Below are positions 1 to 9,541 of a DNA stretch of 53,467 bases, one piece after another. The stretch is from Actinomycetota bacterium (GTDB lineage: Bacteria > Actinomycetota > UBA4738 > HRBIN12): assembly GCA_038211015.1 (NCBI GenBank), contig JBBQVZ010000003.1, positions 1 through 53,467 of the forward strand, given 5' to 3'. The stretch's first letter is position 1. Every line of letters starts with the position of its first letter. The notes below the pieces were generated by a model that saw only the letters and a program-made list of their open reading frames with translations, had not been told where the DNA came from and searched no databases. The position numbers and the translations under genes are program-made.

Positions 1-175
1 GTTCGCGGCGAAAGACATCCCGCTCACGCTCCTGTCGCGTGTCTACCTGGCGAACCGCGGCGTGTGGGACGCCATCGTCGGCGCCGGCCCCACGTGCCCG
101 GTGCCGGCAACGGACGAGGACGTCGACCGATACGTGGGGGCTTTCGGCTCGCTCGTCGTGGAGCTGACGGCGTAG
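1..175 (+). CDS. 3' end of a probable class III aminotransferase (glutamate-1-semialdehyde aminomutase-like), truncated by the window edge
   Basis: Frame 2 reads FAAKDIPLTLLSRVYLANRGVWDAIVGAGPTCPVPATDEDVDRYVGAFGSLVVELTA then TAG at 173-175; resembles the C-terminal 'l.nrGv...hT.edvd' segment of class III aminotransferases. Confidence 0.55.
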   Translation, partial: FAAKDIPLTLLSRVYLANRGVWDAIVGAGPTCPVPATDEDVDRYVGAFGSLVVELTA

Positions 176-226
176 GCCGGCATCGCGGAGACGGAGTAGC
201 CTTCGCGGAACACGAAGGAGGTTGGC

Positions 227-1189
227 ATGGATATCCGACGCAGGATGCTGTCCGTCGCCCTGATCGCGATCGGGCTCTCCATGGTCGCCGCACCCGCGTT
301 CGCGGGACCTTTCGGGGACGCGAACCCGCTCGGGGAGCACGCGTTCGTCGTCCTGACCGGGCATCTCGACCTGCCACCAGGGGAGGTCGCGAGCGACGCG
401 ATCATCTTCGACGGGGACGCGACGATCGCCGGCGACGTCACGAACAACGTGGTCGCGTTCAACGGCGATGTGCTCGTCACCGGACACGTCAACGAGAACG
501 TCGTCGCGACCAACGGACGGGTGACGCTCGGCCCCGGCGCGCGGGTGGGCGGCGACGTCGTCTCCTCCGATACCGCCGTCATCGCACCGACCGCGACGGT
601 GGGCGGCCGCGTCCGACCGGGACGTTCCCTCGACATCAACGTCGAACGTTTCACCGTGGTCAGCCGCATCTTGGTCTGGCTCGCCACATCGATCTCGGCG
701 TTCCTGCTGGGACTGTTGCTCGTCCTGTTCGTGCCCAGGGCCATGGAGGCCACCGCCCGGACGGGGATCGACCGGCTCGGAGCGTCGATCGGGTTCGGGT
801 TCCTGGTGCTGATCGGCGTGCCGATCGTCGCGGTCATCGCGATCGCGATCCTGGTGGGCATCCCCCTGGGGGTCGGCGTGCTCCTGGCGCTCGGCTTCCT
901 CTACTGGCTCGGCTACACGGCCGGCGCCTATGCATTGGGGCGACGGTTGATCTCGGCGCCGACCCATCGGATGCTGGCGTTCCTCGCGGGCTGGGGGATC
1001 CTGCGCCTCCTGGCGTTGATCCCGATCGCCGGCGGCCTGATCTGGCTGGCCGCGACGGTCTGGGGACTCGGGGCGCTCGTGCTCGCGGCCCGGATGGCAG
1101 GCCGCCAGACTCCCGACGCCGTGGGAGCGGGTGTGCCTGCCGTCGGGATCCCGCCGGTGCCTCCGCCTCCCCCGGTCATCTCGGGATGA
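227..1189 (+). CDS. Membrane protein with signal peptide, bactofilin-like/beta-helix GDV repeats and several C-terminal TM helices
   Basis: GGAGG RBS upstream; signal peptide ending AFA; repeats such as GDATIAGDVTNNVVAFNGDVLVTGHVNENV; hydrophobic C-terminal half; Pro-rich tail. Confidence 0.75.
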   Translation: MDIRRRMLSVALIAIGLSMVAAPAFAGPFGDANPLGEHAFVVLTGHLDLPPGEVASDAIIFDGDATIAGDVTNNVVAFNGDVLVTGHVNENVVATNGRVTLGPGARVGGDVVSSDTAVIAPTATVGGRVRPGRSLDINVERFTVVSRILVWLATSISAFLLGLLLVLFVPRAMEATARTGIDRLGASIGFGFLVLIGVPIVAVIAIAILVGIPLGVGVLLALGFLYWLGYTAGAYALGRRLISAPTHRMLAFLAGWGILRLLALIPIAGGLIWLAATVWGLGALVLAARMAGRQTPDAVGAGVPAVGIPPVPPPPPVISG

Positions 1190-2274
1190 CGCAGACGGTC
1201 ACGCCCCACACGATCCCGGTCCTTCGGTTCGAAGGCTCGTACCGCGACGTCGGCCGGCAGATCGGCGACGCGTGCGCCGACGTGTTGCGGCGCTCGGTGG
1301 CGTTCGACGATGAGCTCCCGGCGGGGCGATCGCGCGCGGACCAACTCGCGCTCGCGTCGAAGTACCGCGAGCTCACCACCGACGCGATGCCGTGGCTGCT
1401 CGAAGAGCTGGACGGCGCGGCGGAGGGCGCGGAGGTCGACCCGCTCGCGCTGTTCGCCTGCACGGTCGAGGAGATCTGGTACGAGCCGCGGACGCCGGGC
1501 GGCGGCGCGGCGATCGAGGGCCGCTGCAGCGACCTGGTGGCTGCGCCGCCGGCGACCGCAGACGGCCACGTGCTGGTCGCGCACAACAACGATCTCTGGT
1601 CCGGCTACCGCGACCAGCTCGTCGCGATCGAACGGCGCATCCCCGGCGACCCGACGGTGCTGACGATCGGCAACGGCATCTGGATCAGCGTGGGATGGAA
1701 CTCGGCCGGCCTCTCGCTCACCGGCAACGAGCTGTCCCCGAACGACGAGCGGATCGGCATCCCGCGCGAGCTACAGGTGCGCGCGATGCTGCGCGACACC
1801 TCGCTCGACGCCATGGTGGGCACGGCGCTGCGCCACGACCGCGCGTCCTCATACAACAACGTGCTCGCATCGTCCGACGGCAGCGTCGTGAACGTCGAGG
1901 GCTCGGCCACGTCGGTCGAGATGACGGAGCCCGACGAGCACGGCCACCTGGTCCACACGAATCACTACGTCTGCGACGCGATGCTCCCCTACGAGGGCGA
2001 CACCGTTTACGCGCGGCGGTCGGCCGTCCGTTACGGCCGTGCCGAGGAGCTGCTCGCCTCACAACCCAACGGCACCGTGACCCAGGAACGATTGCGCGAG
2101 ATCCTCTCCGACCACGAACATGCGCCCGACTCGTTGTGCCGGCACGCCGAGGGGGAAGCGGGCGGTTCCGTCACCTGCTTCTGGTGCGTCGTCGACGTGA
2201 CCGACATGCGGATCACGTTCGGGCGCGGGAACCCGTGCGACTCGGTCGCCCAGGAGTTCGTGTTCGCGGACTGA
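1186..2274 (+). CDS. C45 family (Ntn-hydrolase) peptidase/acyltransferase
   Basis: ATGA overlap with the previous stop; N-terminal GSYRDVGRQIG, putative autocleavage Cys in EGRCS, AHNND and HTNHY motifs. Confidence 0.85.
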   Translation: MTQTVTPHTIPVLRFEGSYRDVGRQIGDACADVLRRSVAFDDELPAGRSRADQLALASKYRELTTDAMPWLLEELDGAAEGAEVDPLALFACTVEEIWYEPRTPGGGAAIEGRCSDLVAAPPATADGHVLVAHNNDLWSGYRDQLVAIERRIPGDPTVLTIGNGIWISVGWNSAGLSLTGNELSPNDERIGIPRELQVRAMLRDTSLDAMVGTALRHDRASSYNNVLASSDGSVVNVEGSATSVEMTEPDEHGHLVHTNHYVCDAMLPYEGDTVYARRSAVRYGRAEELLASQPNGTVTQERLREILSDHEHAPDSLCRHAEGEAGGSVTCFWCVVDVTDMRITFGRGNPCDSVAQEFVFAD

Positions 2275-2294
2275 ACCCGCGCCTCAGCCCGACA

Positions 2295-2963
2295 TCACGA
2301 CACGTCGAGCGAGACGCGGATGCGCGCGATCACGTCGGCCTTGCCGCTCTCCTCCGCCATCGAGAGCACGGTCGCGCCGTCGTCGTTCGTGGCGCCGGGG
2401 TCGGCGCCATGCGTGAGGAGCAGCTCGACCATCTCGAGATCGCCGTTGTGTGCCGCGGAATGCAGCGGAGTCCACCCGCTCCCCTGTCGGGCGTTCGGAT
2501 CCGCGCCGCGGTCCAGCAGCAGTCGCGCGACGTCGGCGTGACGACCCGCCGCCGCGGAGTTCAGCGGCGTCCCCGTCATCCAACCGCGCCCGGGCGCGTC
2601 GACGTCGGCTCCCCGGTCCAGGAGGACCCGCGCCGGCTCCACGCCGCCGAAGAACGCCGGGAAATGCAGCGCGGTGAACCCGTCGGCTGAGTACGCGGTG
2701 GCCGAAACCGGATCGGTCTCGAGCAGCTCGCGCAACCGATCCACCTCGCCGAACGAGGCCGCCTCGAACACGTCGATCGTCGGACCCGCGAACATCACCG
2801 CGTCTAGGAGCTGTGGGTCCAAGCGATAGCGCGCACGCATCAGCGCGGACACGCCCTGGCCGTCTCTCGCCGCCGCCACCGAGGGGTCGGCCGACACCAT
2901 CGAACGCACCAGCTCCGCGTCGCCCGCTTCGATCGCCGCGAAGAATCGCTCGTTGCTTCCCAT
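2295..2963 (-). CDS. Ankyrin repeat protein
   Basis: Repeats GFTALH, GTPLNSAAAGRH, GWTPLHSAAHNGDLEMVELLL, GADP. Confidence 0.92.
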   Translation of the reverse strand: MGSNERFFAAIEAGDAELVRSMVSADPSVAAARDGQGVSALMRARYRLDPQLLDAVMFAGPTIDVFEAASFGEVDRLRELLETDPVSATAYSADGFTALHFPAFFGGVEPARVLLDRGADVDAPGRGWMTGTPLNSAAAGRHADVARLLLDRGADPNARQGSGWTPLHSAAHNGDLEMVELLLTHGADPGATNDDGATVLSMAEESGKADVIARIRVSLDVS

Positions 2964-2989
2964 CGGTCACCCTCCGTGCTAGTTTTATA

Positions 2990-3008
2990 TGTATAGGCTA
3001 GCTAAATA
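2990..3008. promoter_or_regulatory. Putative MarR operator overlapping divergent promoters
   Basis: AT-rich imperfect inverted repeat TGTATAG-N5-CTAAATA between the ankyrin gene and marR; contains TAGGCT (-10-like). Confidence 0.4.
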
Positions 3009-3011
3009 CCG

Positions 3012-3464
3012 ATGACCACGTCAAGGCCGACTTCCCCGACGCGAGATGTGGATGCGGTGGCCGATCGCCTGCACTCGGCCGCCATCCACCTGTTGCGACG
3101 CCTGCGCGTGGAGGACGAGGCGCTCGGGATCTCCGCTCCCCGCCTCTCGGCGCTGTCGGTGCTGGTCTTCGCCGGGCCTCGGCGGGTGGGCGAGCTCGCC
3201 GAGGCCGAGCAGGTCGAGCCGCCGACCATGACACGTCTCGTCGACGGGATGGAACGAGACGGATACGTCGCGCGGCGACCCGATCCGCAGGATGGTCGCG
3301 CGGTGATCGTCCGCGCCACCGCGAAAGGCGTGCGCGCGCTGAGGAAAGGCCGCTCGCAGCGGGTGGATGCGCTGGCGGCGGGACTGCGGTCGCTCTCCCC
3401 CGACGAGCTGGCCGAGCTCGCGCGCGGGGTCGACGTGCTCGAGCGCGTGGTCGGTCGGAGCTAG
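3012..3464 (+). CDS. MarR family transcriptional regulator
   Basis: ELAEAEQVEPPTMTRLVDGMERDGYVARRPDPQDGRAV winged-HTH signature. Confidence 0.92.
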   Translation: MTTSRPTSPTRDVDAVADRLHSAAIHLLRRLRVEDEALGISAPRLSALSVLVFAGPRRVGELAEAEQVEPPTMTRLVDGMERDGYVARRPDPQDGRAVIVRATAKGVRALRKGRSQRVDALAAGLRSLSPDELAELARGVDVLERVVGRS

Positions 3465-3494
3465 CAGCGGGTCAGGGCGAGAAGTCGGGCGGGA

Positions 3495-4475
3495 CTAGCC
3501 TCCCGTCATCGCCCACGCCTGGAGCAGCTCGCGCTCGCGCTCGGGCGTGAGGCCGGCCTTCAGCGCACCGCGCCCGCGGTCCCAGGCGAGCGTGTCGGCG
3601 ATCGTGTCGGCGAGGGGGCGATGACGCAGCCCCGCAGCGATCGCCTTGCTCGCATCGAAGCTGTGCAGGCCCGGGTAGTCGATGTCCCATAGCGGCAGTT
3701 CGCCGTCTTCCTCCTTCACCCGTGTCTGCAGGAAAGATGCGTCCACCCACGTGAGCTCGGCGCCGGCCCGGCCGGCCTCCACCAACGCGGGCAGCGCCAG
3801 ACCCCAGGTGAGCGGCTCCTGCGGGCCGACGACACCGAACACGTCGGCCGTCCCGGCCTCCAGACGATCGAGCGTGAACGTGCCGAGGTCACGGACGTCG
3901 ACGACCTGCAGCGGCTGGTCCGGCGGGCCGGGAGCGAGCATCCGACCGCCCACCGATGCGCGGCGGACCCAGTACGTGAACCGATCCGTCGGATCGTGCG
4001 GACCCACGATGTATCCGGGCCGAACCACCAGGCACCGCCCCGGGAACGCGCCCTGCGCCTCGAGCTCGCACGCCATCTTCAGGGCGCCGTACGACTCGGC
4101 CGTGATCTCCTCGGTGTCGGGGAACGGCGGCTGGTGCGTCGGACTTTCCTCGGTGCCACCGACGGGAGCGTCGTCCGGATATACAGAGAGCGTCGAGACG
4201 AAGACGTAGAGCCCGACCGCCTCCGCCAGCAGCAGCGCGGAGTCCCGCACCACGCGTGGACGGTAGCCGCACGTGTCGATGGCCGCATCCCAGGTCCGCC
4301 CTCGGAGCGGGTCCAGGCCGCCGTCGCGATCGCCGTGGACGTGCTCGACCTTGGGGAACCCGTCCGGTTCCGCGGGACCGCGGTGGAACATCGTCACGTC
4401 ATGACCCCGCGCGACGGCGTCCTCGACCATGGCGCGGCCGACGAAATGTGTCCCTCCGATCACCAACAGCTGCAC
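3495..4475 (-). CDS. NAD-dependent epimerase/dehydratase (extended SDR)
   Basis: GTG start; VIGGTHFVG Rossmann motif; YGALK catalytic motif; RPGYIVGP. Confidence 0.88.
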   Translation of the reverse strand: MQLLVIGGTHFVGRAMVEDAVARGHDVTMFHRGPAEPDGFPKVEHVHGDRDGGLDPLRGRTWDAAIDTCGYRPRVVRDSALLLAEAVGLYVFVSTLSVYPDDAPVGGTEESPTHQPPFPDTEEITAESYGALKMACELEAQGAFPGRCLVVRPGYIVGPHDPTDRFTYWVRRASVGGRMLAPGPPDQPLQVVDVRDLGTFTLDRLEAGTADVFGVVGPQEPLTWGLALPALVEAGRAGAELTWVDASFLQTRVKEEDGELPLWDIDYPGLHSFDASKAIAAGLRHRPLADTIADTLAWDRGRGALKAGLTPERERELLQAWAMTGG

Positions 4476-4486
4476 GTCGCGTCCCC

Positions 4487-5677
4487 CTAGTCGATCGACC
4501 CGGCGACGACGTCGCCCGCTTTCAGGACCATGAGCGGCGACAGCACGTGCTCGATCGCCTCGGCCGGGTTGCCCTCGAACAGCACCAGGTCGGCCTCCTT
4601 GCCCTCCTCGATCGTGCCGACGAGCGGGAGCCGCATCAACTCGGCGCCGTTCGCGGTGGCCGCCTGCATCACCTTCAGAGGCGTCATCCCCCAATCGACC
4701 ATCCACACCAGCTCCCGAGGCGCGCTGCCGTGCGGGTTGAACGGCGTGCCGGCGTCGGTTCCACAGACCTGCCGGACGCCCTCCCGGACGGCGCGGCGGA
4801 ACCCGTCGCGCGCTTCCGCCTCGAGGGCTTCCGCCTTCTTCACGGCGTATGCCGGCACCTCGTCGGCGTTGCCCGCGATCCCACGGAGCGCGCAGATCGT
4901 CGACGACCGGAACGTGCCACGCGCCTTCATCTCCCGGGCGATCTCCGAGGTCGTCTGGCAGCAGTGCTCCACCGAATCCACGCCGGCGAGGACCGCGTTC
5001 AAGATGCCTTCCGCGCCGATCGCGTGCGCTGCCACCCCGCGTCCCCATTTGTGCGCCTCGTCGACGGCCGCCGCCAGCTCGTCGGGGGTGAACGCGGTGA
5101 ACGTCGCGTCGATCCCGGGGGTCAGGACGCCGCCGGTGGCCATGACCTTGATCGCGCGGGCTCCACCCTTGATCTCCTCCCGAACCGCTCGTCGGACCTC
5201 CTCGGGCGAGTCGACCTCGCGGGCCAACCCCAGGTTGTGCCCGTGCCCCCCGGTGATCGTGAGCGCCCGTCCGGCGGCCAGCACGCGCGGGCCGGGTGTC
5301 AGCCCCTCATCGATCGCGACACCGACGTCGCAGACGACGTTGTCCAGCCCGCCCAGGTCGCGCACGGTGGTCACGCCCGCCCGCAGATGCCTCTCCGCGT
5401 TGCGCGCCGCCTTGATCGCGGCTCGCGCGGGCGTCAGTCCCTTGGATTCGCCCTCGAAATCCGCCAGCCCGTCGAAGATGAGGTGGACGTGGCAATCGAT
5501 CAGGCCGGGAGTCAGCGTCCGACCGGCGCCCTCGACCTCGGAGGCAGCGCGCGCAACGCGCGGAGCTCTGGCGTGCCCGCCGATCCATTGGATGGTCCCA
5601 CCGGCGACGTGCACGCCTTGTTTGGTCTTGACGCTCCGTCCATCGAAGACGGTGACGTTCGAGAAGTAGTGCGACAT
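4487..5677 (-). CDS. Metal-dependent amidohydrolase (Xaa-Pro dipeptidase-like)
   Basis: PGLIDCHVH, GVTTVRDLG, AAHAIG, SVEH and GTDAG motifs. Confidence 0.9.
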   Translation of the reverse strand: MSHYFSNVTVFDGRSVKTKQGVHVAGGTIQWIGGHARAPRVARAASEVEGAGRTLTPGLIDCHVHLIFDGLADFEGESKGLTPARAAIKAARNAERHLRAGVTTVRDLGGLDNVVCDVGVAIDEGLTPGPRVLAAGRALTITGGHGHNLGLAREVDSPEEVRRAVREEIKGGARAIKVMATGGVLTPGIDATFTAFTPDELAAAVDEAHKWGRGVAAHAIGAEGILNAVLAGVDSVEHCCQTTSEIAREMKARGTFRSSTICALRGIAGNADEVPAYAVKKAEALEAEARDGFRRAVREGVRQVCGTDAGTPFNPHGSAPRELVWMVDWGMTPLKVMQAATANGAELMRLPLVGTIEEGKEADLVLFEGNPAEAIEHVLSPLMVLKAGDVVAGSID

Positions 5678-6048
5678 CACCGCACCCACTCGGGCACGAG
5701 CTCCGAGCCGTCGTCGCGGATCAGCCTGGTCCCGGGAAGCATGGCCACGATGAGCGACGCGCCCTCGGACCCGGCCTCGAGGAAATGCCGGACCCCGATA
5801 GGCACGACGACCGAGTCGCCCACGGCGACTTCCGTGGTGTCTGCCCACAGATGGAAGATCCCCTCGCCGGCCACCACCGTGAAGACGTCGAAGTGGTCGT
5901 GCGTGTGCGGGGGAAGGCCGCCGCCCGGTGGCACATCGGCGCGGTAGAGGGCGACCTCCTCGGCGCCTCGGGCCGGCGCCGCGTAACTCGTGATTGCGTT
6001 CCCACCCAGCTCGAAGATCGGATGGTCGGCGGATCGTTCGATGGGCAT
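5677..6048 (-). CDS. Cupin domain protein
   Basis: PPHTHDHFDVFTVVAGEG and GDSVVVPIGVRH cupin motifs; TGATG coupling to the amidohydrolase. Confidence 0.88.
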   Translation of the reverse strand: MPIERSADHPIFELGGNAITSYAAPARGAEEVALYRADVPPGGGLPPHTHDHFDVFTVVAGEGIFHLWADTTEVAVGDSVVVPIGVRHFLEAGSEGASLIVAMLPGTRLIRDDGSELVPEWVR

Positions 6049-6221
6049 CTGGCGGGCCTCCGGTCGTGGTCGGCGTCCGGCATCATCCCACCACCGGCCC
6101 CGAGAGGTTGCGCTTCGTTGCGTCCCGAACGCACCCGGGTGACCCTCGGTTGCACCGGGTACGATGCCCCCGGTTCGGGCGGGCCGTCGGGGTCCGGCAG
6201 CGTCCCCCAAGGAGGAGCCGG

Positions 6222-7664
6222 GTGTCGTTCGACGTGGCGAAGATGGCGGTCGAGGCCGCCGTGAAAGCCGGTGCCGATTACGCCGACGCGCGCACCGGGA
6301 CGGACGAGACCGAGTCCCTCACCGTGCGCAACCAGGAGATGGAGGGGATCGACCGCACCACCTCGTCGGGCGTGGGCGTGCGGGTCCTCGCCGGTGGGCG
6401 CTGGGGGTTCGCGGCGACATCACGCCAGGACGAGGAAGACGTTGTCCGGACGGCGACGCTCGCGGTCGAGATCGCCAAAGCCGCCTCTCGCCGCCCCGGC
6501 GCCCCGGTCCAGCTCTCCCCCGTCGAGCCGGTGGTTGCGTCCTGGCGCGGCTCCATGGAGGAGGACCCGTTCACGATCCCGCTGGAGGAGAAGGTCGCCC
6601 TGCTGATGGAGGGCACCCGCCGGATGCAGACCGTACCCGGCGTGTCGTTCGCGGAGGGCGGCCTCGACCTGTTCCGTCGCTCGACCTGGTTCGCCTCGTC
6701 CGACGGTGCCGCGATCGACCAAGTGGTCGTGCACTCGGGCGGTGGGCTGGAGGCGACGGCCATCGCCGACGGCGACGTGCAACGACGCTCGTACCCCAAC
6801 TCGTTCCGGGGCCACGTCAAGGCGGCGGGATGGGAGCACGTGCGCACCCTCGGGTTGATCGAGGAAGCGGAGCGCACCGGCCGCGAGGCCGTCGAGCTGC
6901 TGGCGGCGCCCGAGTGCCCCAGCGAGGTCACGACCCTGATCCTCGACAGCGGTCAGGTCGAGCTGCAGGTCCACGAGTCGATCGGCCATCCGATCGAGCT
7001 CGACCGCGTCCTCGGCATGGAAGAGGCGTACGCCGGCTCGTCGTTCCTCACCACCGAGGACCGCGGGAAGCTGAAGTACGGCAGCCCACTCGTCTCGGTC
7101 ACTGCCGACGCGACGCTCACCGGCGGGCTCGGCTCGTTCGGGTTCGACGACGAAGGCGTTCCCGCCCAGCGTGTCCCGATCCTGGTGGACGGCATCTTCC
7201 AGAACTTCCTGACCAGTCGCGAAACGGCGCCGGTCGTCGGTCAGACGTCGAACGGCACCAGCCGCGCGGACGGCTGGTCCCACCTGCCGCTCATCCGGAT
7301 GACGAATATCTCGCTCGAGCCGCGTGAGGGCTCGCTCGCCGAGATCATCGGCGACACCAAGGACGGCATCTTCATGGCGACGAACCAGTCGTGGTCGATC
7401 GACGACAAGCGCATCAACTTCCAGTTCGGGTGCGAGATCGCCTGGCGCGTCAAGAACGGCAAGGTGACGCAGCTCTACAAGAACCCCAACTACACGGGGA
7501 TCACACCGGAGTTCTGGGGCTCGTGCGACGCGGTCGGCGGCCGCGAGGAGTGGACCGTGTGGGGCACGCCGAACTGCGGCAAGGGCCAGCCCGGACAGGT
7601 CGGTCGCGTGGGGCACGGCACATCGCCCGCGCGCTTCCGCGGCGTCCAGGTGGGGGTGCGTTGA
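6222..7664 (+). CDS. tldD: TldD family metalloprotease subunit
   Basis: AAGGAGG RBS plus GTG; HESIGH zinc motif; FDDEG; CGKGQP C-terminal motif. Confidence 0.9.
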   Translation: MSFDVAKMAVEAAVKAGADYADARTGTDETESLTVRNQEMEGIDRTTSSGVGVRVLAGGRWGFAATSRQDEEDVVRTATLAVEIAKAASRRPGAPVQLSPVEPVVASWRGSMEEDPFTIPLEEKVALLMEGTRRMQTVPGVSFAEGGLDLFRRSTWFASSDGAAIDQVVVHSGGGLEATAIADGDVQRRSYPNSFRGHVKAAGWEHVRTLGLIEEAERTGREAVELLAAPECPSEVTTLILDSGQVELQVHESIGHPIELDRVLGMEEAYAGSSFLTTEDRGKLKYGSPLVSVTADATLTGGLGSFGFDDEGVPAQRVPILVDGIFQNFLTSRETAPVVGQTSNGTSRADGWSHLPLIRMTNISLEPREGSLAEIIGDTKDGIFMATNQSWSIDDKRINFQFGCEIAWRVKNGKVTQLYKNPNYTGITPEFWGSCDAVGGREEWTVWGTPNCGKGQPGQVGRVGHGTSPARFRGVQVGVR

Positions 7665-9013
7665 TGCCGGGCCTCATCGGCGAGGACCGGTTCCGCGCCG
7701 TGGCGGCGGCCGCGCTCGAGCTCAAGGGTGTCGACGGCGTCGAGGTCCTCTACACGCACGAGTGGGGCGGGCTGACCCGGTTCGCCAACTCCGTGATCCA
7801 TCAGTCGACGTTCCGTGAGGACACCGGGCTCCGGGTTCGGGTCGTCAGTCGCAACCGTGCCGGCGTGGCGTCCTCCAACGACTTCAGCGAGCGCGGGGCC
7901 CGAGAGGCGGCGGCAAGCGCGATGGAGATGGCCCAGGTCGCACCCCCGGATCCACTCTTCCCCGGACTCGCCCCGAAGGCCGCTGTCATTGACGTCGACC
8001 GCTTCTTCGAGGGCACCGCCGAGTCGACGCCGGCTGCCCGCGCAGAGGCCGTCCATCGGCTGATCGACACCTGCCCCTCGGGATTCGTCGCCGCTGGCGC
8101 GTTCGAGACGGCGGCGGCCGAGCTCGGCATCGCGAACTCCGAGGGGCAGGTGTGCTGGTCGCCGGGGACCTTGGCGTCGCTCACCACGGTGATGACCGGC
8201 GGCGAGCACGGCAGCGGGTTCGCCGAGGCGTTCTCGGGTTCCGTCGAGCACATCGATCCCGAGGCGCTCGGGGGGCGCGCCGCCGACAAGGCGGTCCGCA
8301 GTCAGCGGCCGGTCGTGCTCGATCCGGGGACCTACCCGGTCGTGCTGGAACCGGCCGCCGTCGCCACGCTTGCGGGGTTCCTCGCCTACGTCGGCTTCGG
8401 TGGGCGCGGATACATCGAGGACAGGTCGTGCTTCAGCGGGAAGGCCGGACAGCAGGTGGCCGCGCCCTCGATCTCGATCTGGGACGACGGGACCGACGCG
8501 AACACGCTCGGGGCGGCCTTCGACTTCGAGGGTGTTCCGCGCCATCGCGTCGATCTGATCAAGGACGGCGTGTTCCAGGATGCGGTGTACGACCTGCGGA
8601 CGGGGAAGCAGGCAGACAGGCCGTCAACCGGTCACGGCCTGCCGGCTCCGAACACCGAGGGCCCGTTTCCGCTCAACCTGTTCATGGCCGAAGGCGACGC
8701 CTCGGTCGACGACATGATCCGAGCGACGGATCGCGGCGTGTTGGTTACTCGCTTCCACTACTCGAACATCGTCAACCCGATCGAATCCAGCATCACGGGC
8801 ATGACGCGCGACGGCACGTTCCTGATCGAGCGCGGAGAGGTCGTCGGGCCGGTCATGAACTTCCGCTTCACGCAATCCATCATCGATGCATTGACCAACG
8901 TCTCGTTCGTGGGGAGCAAGGCCGAGCTCGCCAGCGAGTTCTTCTTCTCCGCCTCACGAGTGCCCGCGCTCAAGATCGAGGCGTTCCACTTCAGCGGCCG
9001 CAGCGACCACTAG
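7664..9013 (+). CDS. tldE: TldE/PmbA family protein
   Basis: TGATG coupling; TRFANSVIHQ, FDFEG and TGMTRDG motifs; lacks HExxGH. Confidence 0.85.
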   Translation: MPGLIGEDRFRAVAAAALELKGVDGVEVLYTHEWGGLTRFANSVIHQSTFREDTGLRVRVVSRNRAGVASSNDFSERGAREAAASAMEMAQVAPPDPLFPGLAPKAAVIDVDRFFEGTAESTPAARAEAVHRLIDTCPSGFVAAGAFETAAAELGIANSEGQVCWSPGTLASLTTVMTGGEHGSGFAEAFSGSVEHIDPEALGGRAADKAVRSQRPVVLDPGTYPVVLEPAAVATLAGFLAYVGFGGRGYIEDRSCFSGKAGQQVAAPSISIWDDGTDANTLGAAFDFEGVPRHRVDLIKDGVFQDAVYDLRTGKQADRPSTGHGLPAPNTEGPFPLNLFMAEGDASVDDMIRATDRGVLVTRFHYSNIVNPIESSITGMTRDGTFLIERGEVVGPVMNFRFTQSIIDALTNVSFVGSKAELASEFFFSASRVPALKIEAFHFSGRSDH

Positions 9014-9049
9014 GTAGGCTGTCGGCCCGAACCCACCCGAGGAGGAGCC

Positions 9050-9517
9050 ATGCTGGTCGGAGAGATCATGCACACGGACGTGAAGACGGCCGGCGCCGAC
9101 GACACGTTCGCGGACGTCGCGAAGATCATGCGCTCGAACGGCATCTCCTCGGTCGTCGTCCTCGAGGGGAAGAAGCTCGCAGGCATCGTGACCGAACGAG
9201 ACATCGTGAACCTGGTGGCGGCAGGTGGCGACCCGCACAACGTGAAGGTCGTGCACGGCATGACGCGCCGCGATCTCACGACGATCACGCCGAAGACCGA
9301 CATCGCCGAGGCCGCCGAGGTCATGGCGTCGCGCAACATCCGCCACCTGCCGGTGATCGACCGGGGCCGCGTCGCGGGCATCATCTCGATCAGGGACCTG
9401 ACCCGGTGGGCCGCCGAGGAGCTGGCCGGCGGCCACGAGATGCCGGACATCGCGCGGAGCCACAAGGCGCTCCAAGCCGCGAGCGATCTGCAGAAGCAGC
9501 GACGCAAGGGCGCGTAG
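9050..9517 (+). CDS. CBS domain-pair protein
   Basis: GAGGAG RBS; GIVTERDI and IRHLPVID...GIISIRDL. Confidence 0.9.
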   Translation: MLVGEIMHTDVKTAGADDTFADVAKIMRSNGISSVVVLEGKKLAGIVTERDIVNLVAAGGDPHNVKVVHGMTRRDLTTITPKTDIAEAAEVMASRNIRHLPVIDRGRVAGIISIRDLTRWAAEELAGGHEMPDIARSHKALQAASDLQKQRRKGA

Positions 9518-9535
9518 CCGCTCTCGGCTACGTGC
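9510..9535. terminator. Probable bidirectional hairpin terminator between convergent genes
   Basis: CGTAGCCG-ctct-CGGCTACG stem-loop. Confidence 0.55.
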
Positions 9536-9541
9536 GACGCC

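Noticed and set aside
64-1185. N-terminal extension of the 736-aa ORF 64..2274
   Set aside because: Arg/Gly-rich shadow frame overlapping the real 227..1189 gene; the C45 protein starts at 1186.
6222-9517. TldD/TldE as part of a RiPP cluster
   Set aside because: No precursor peptide, YcaO, radical SAM or other maturase nearby; the pair is widespread on its own.
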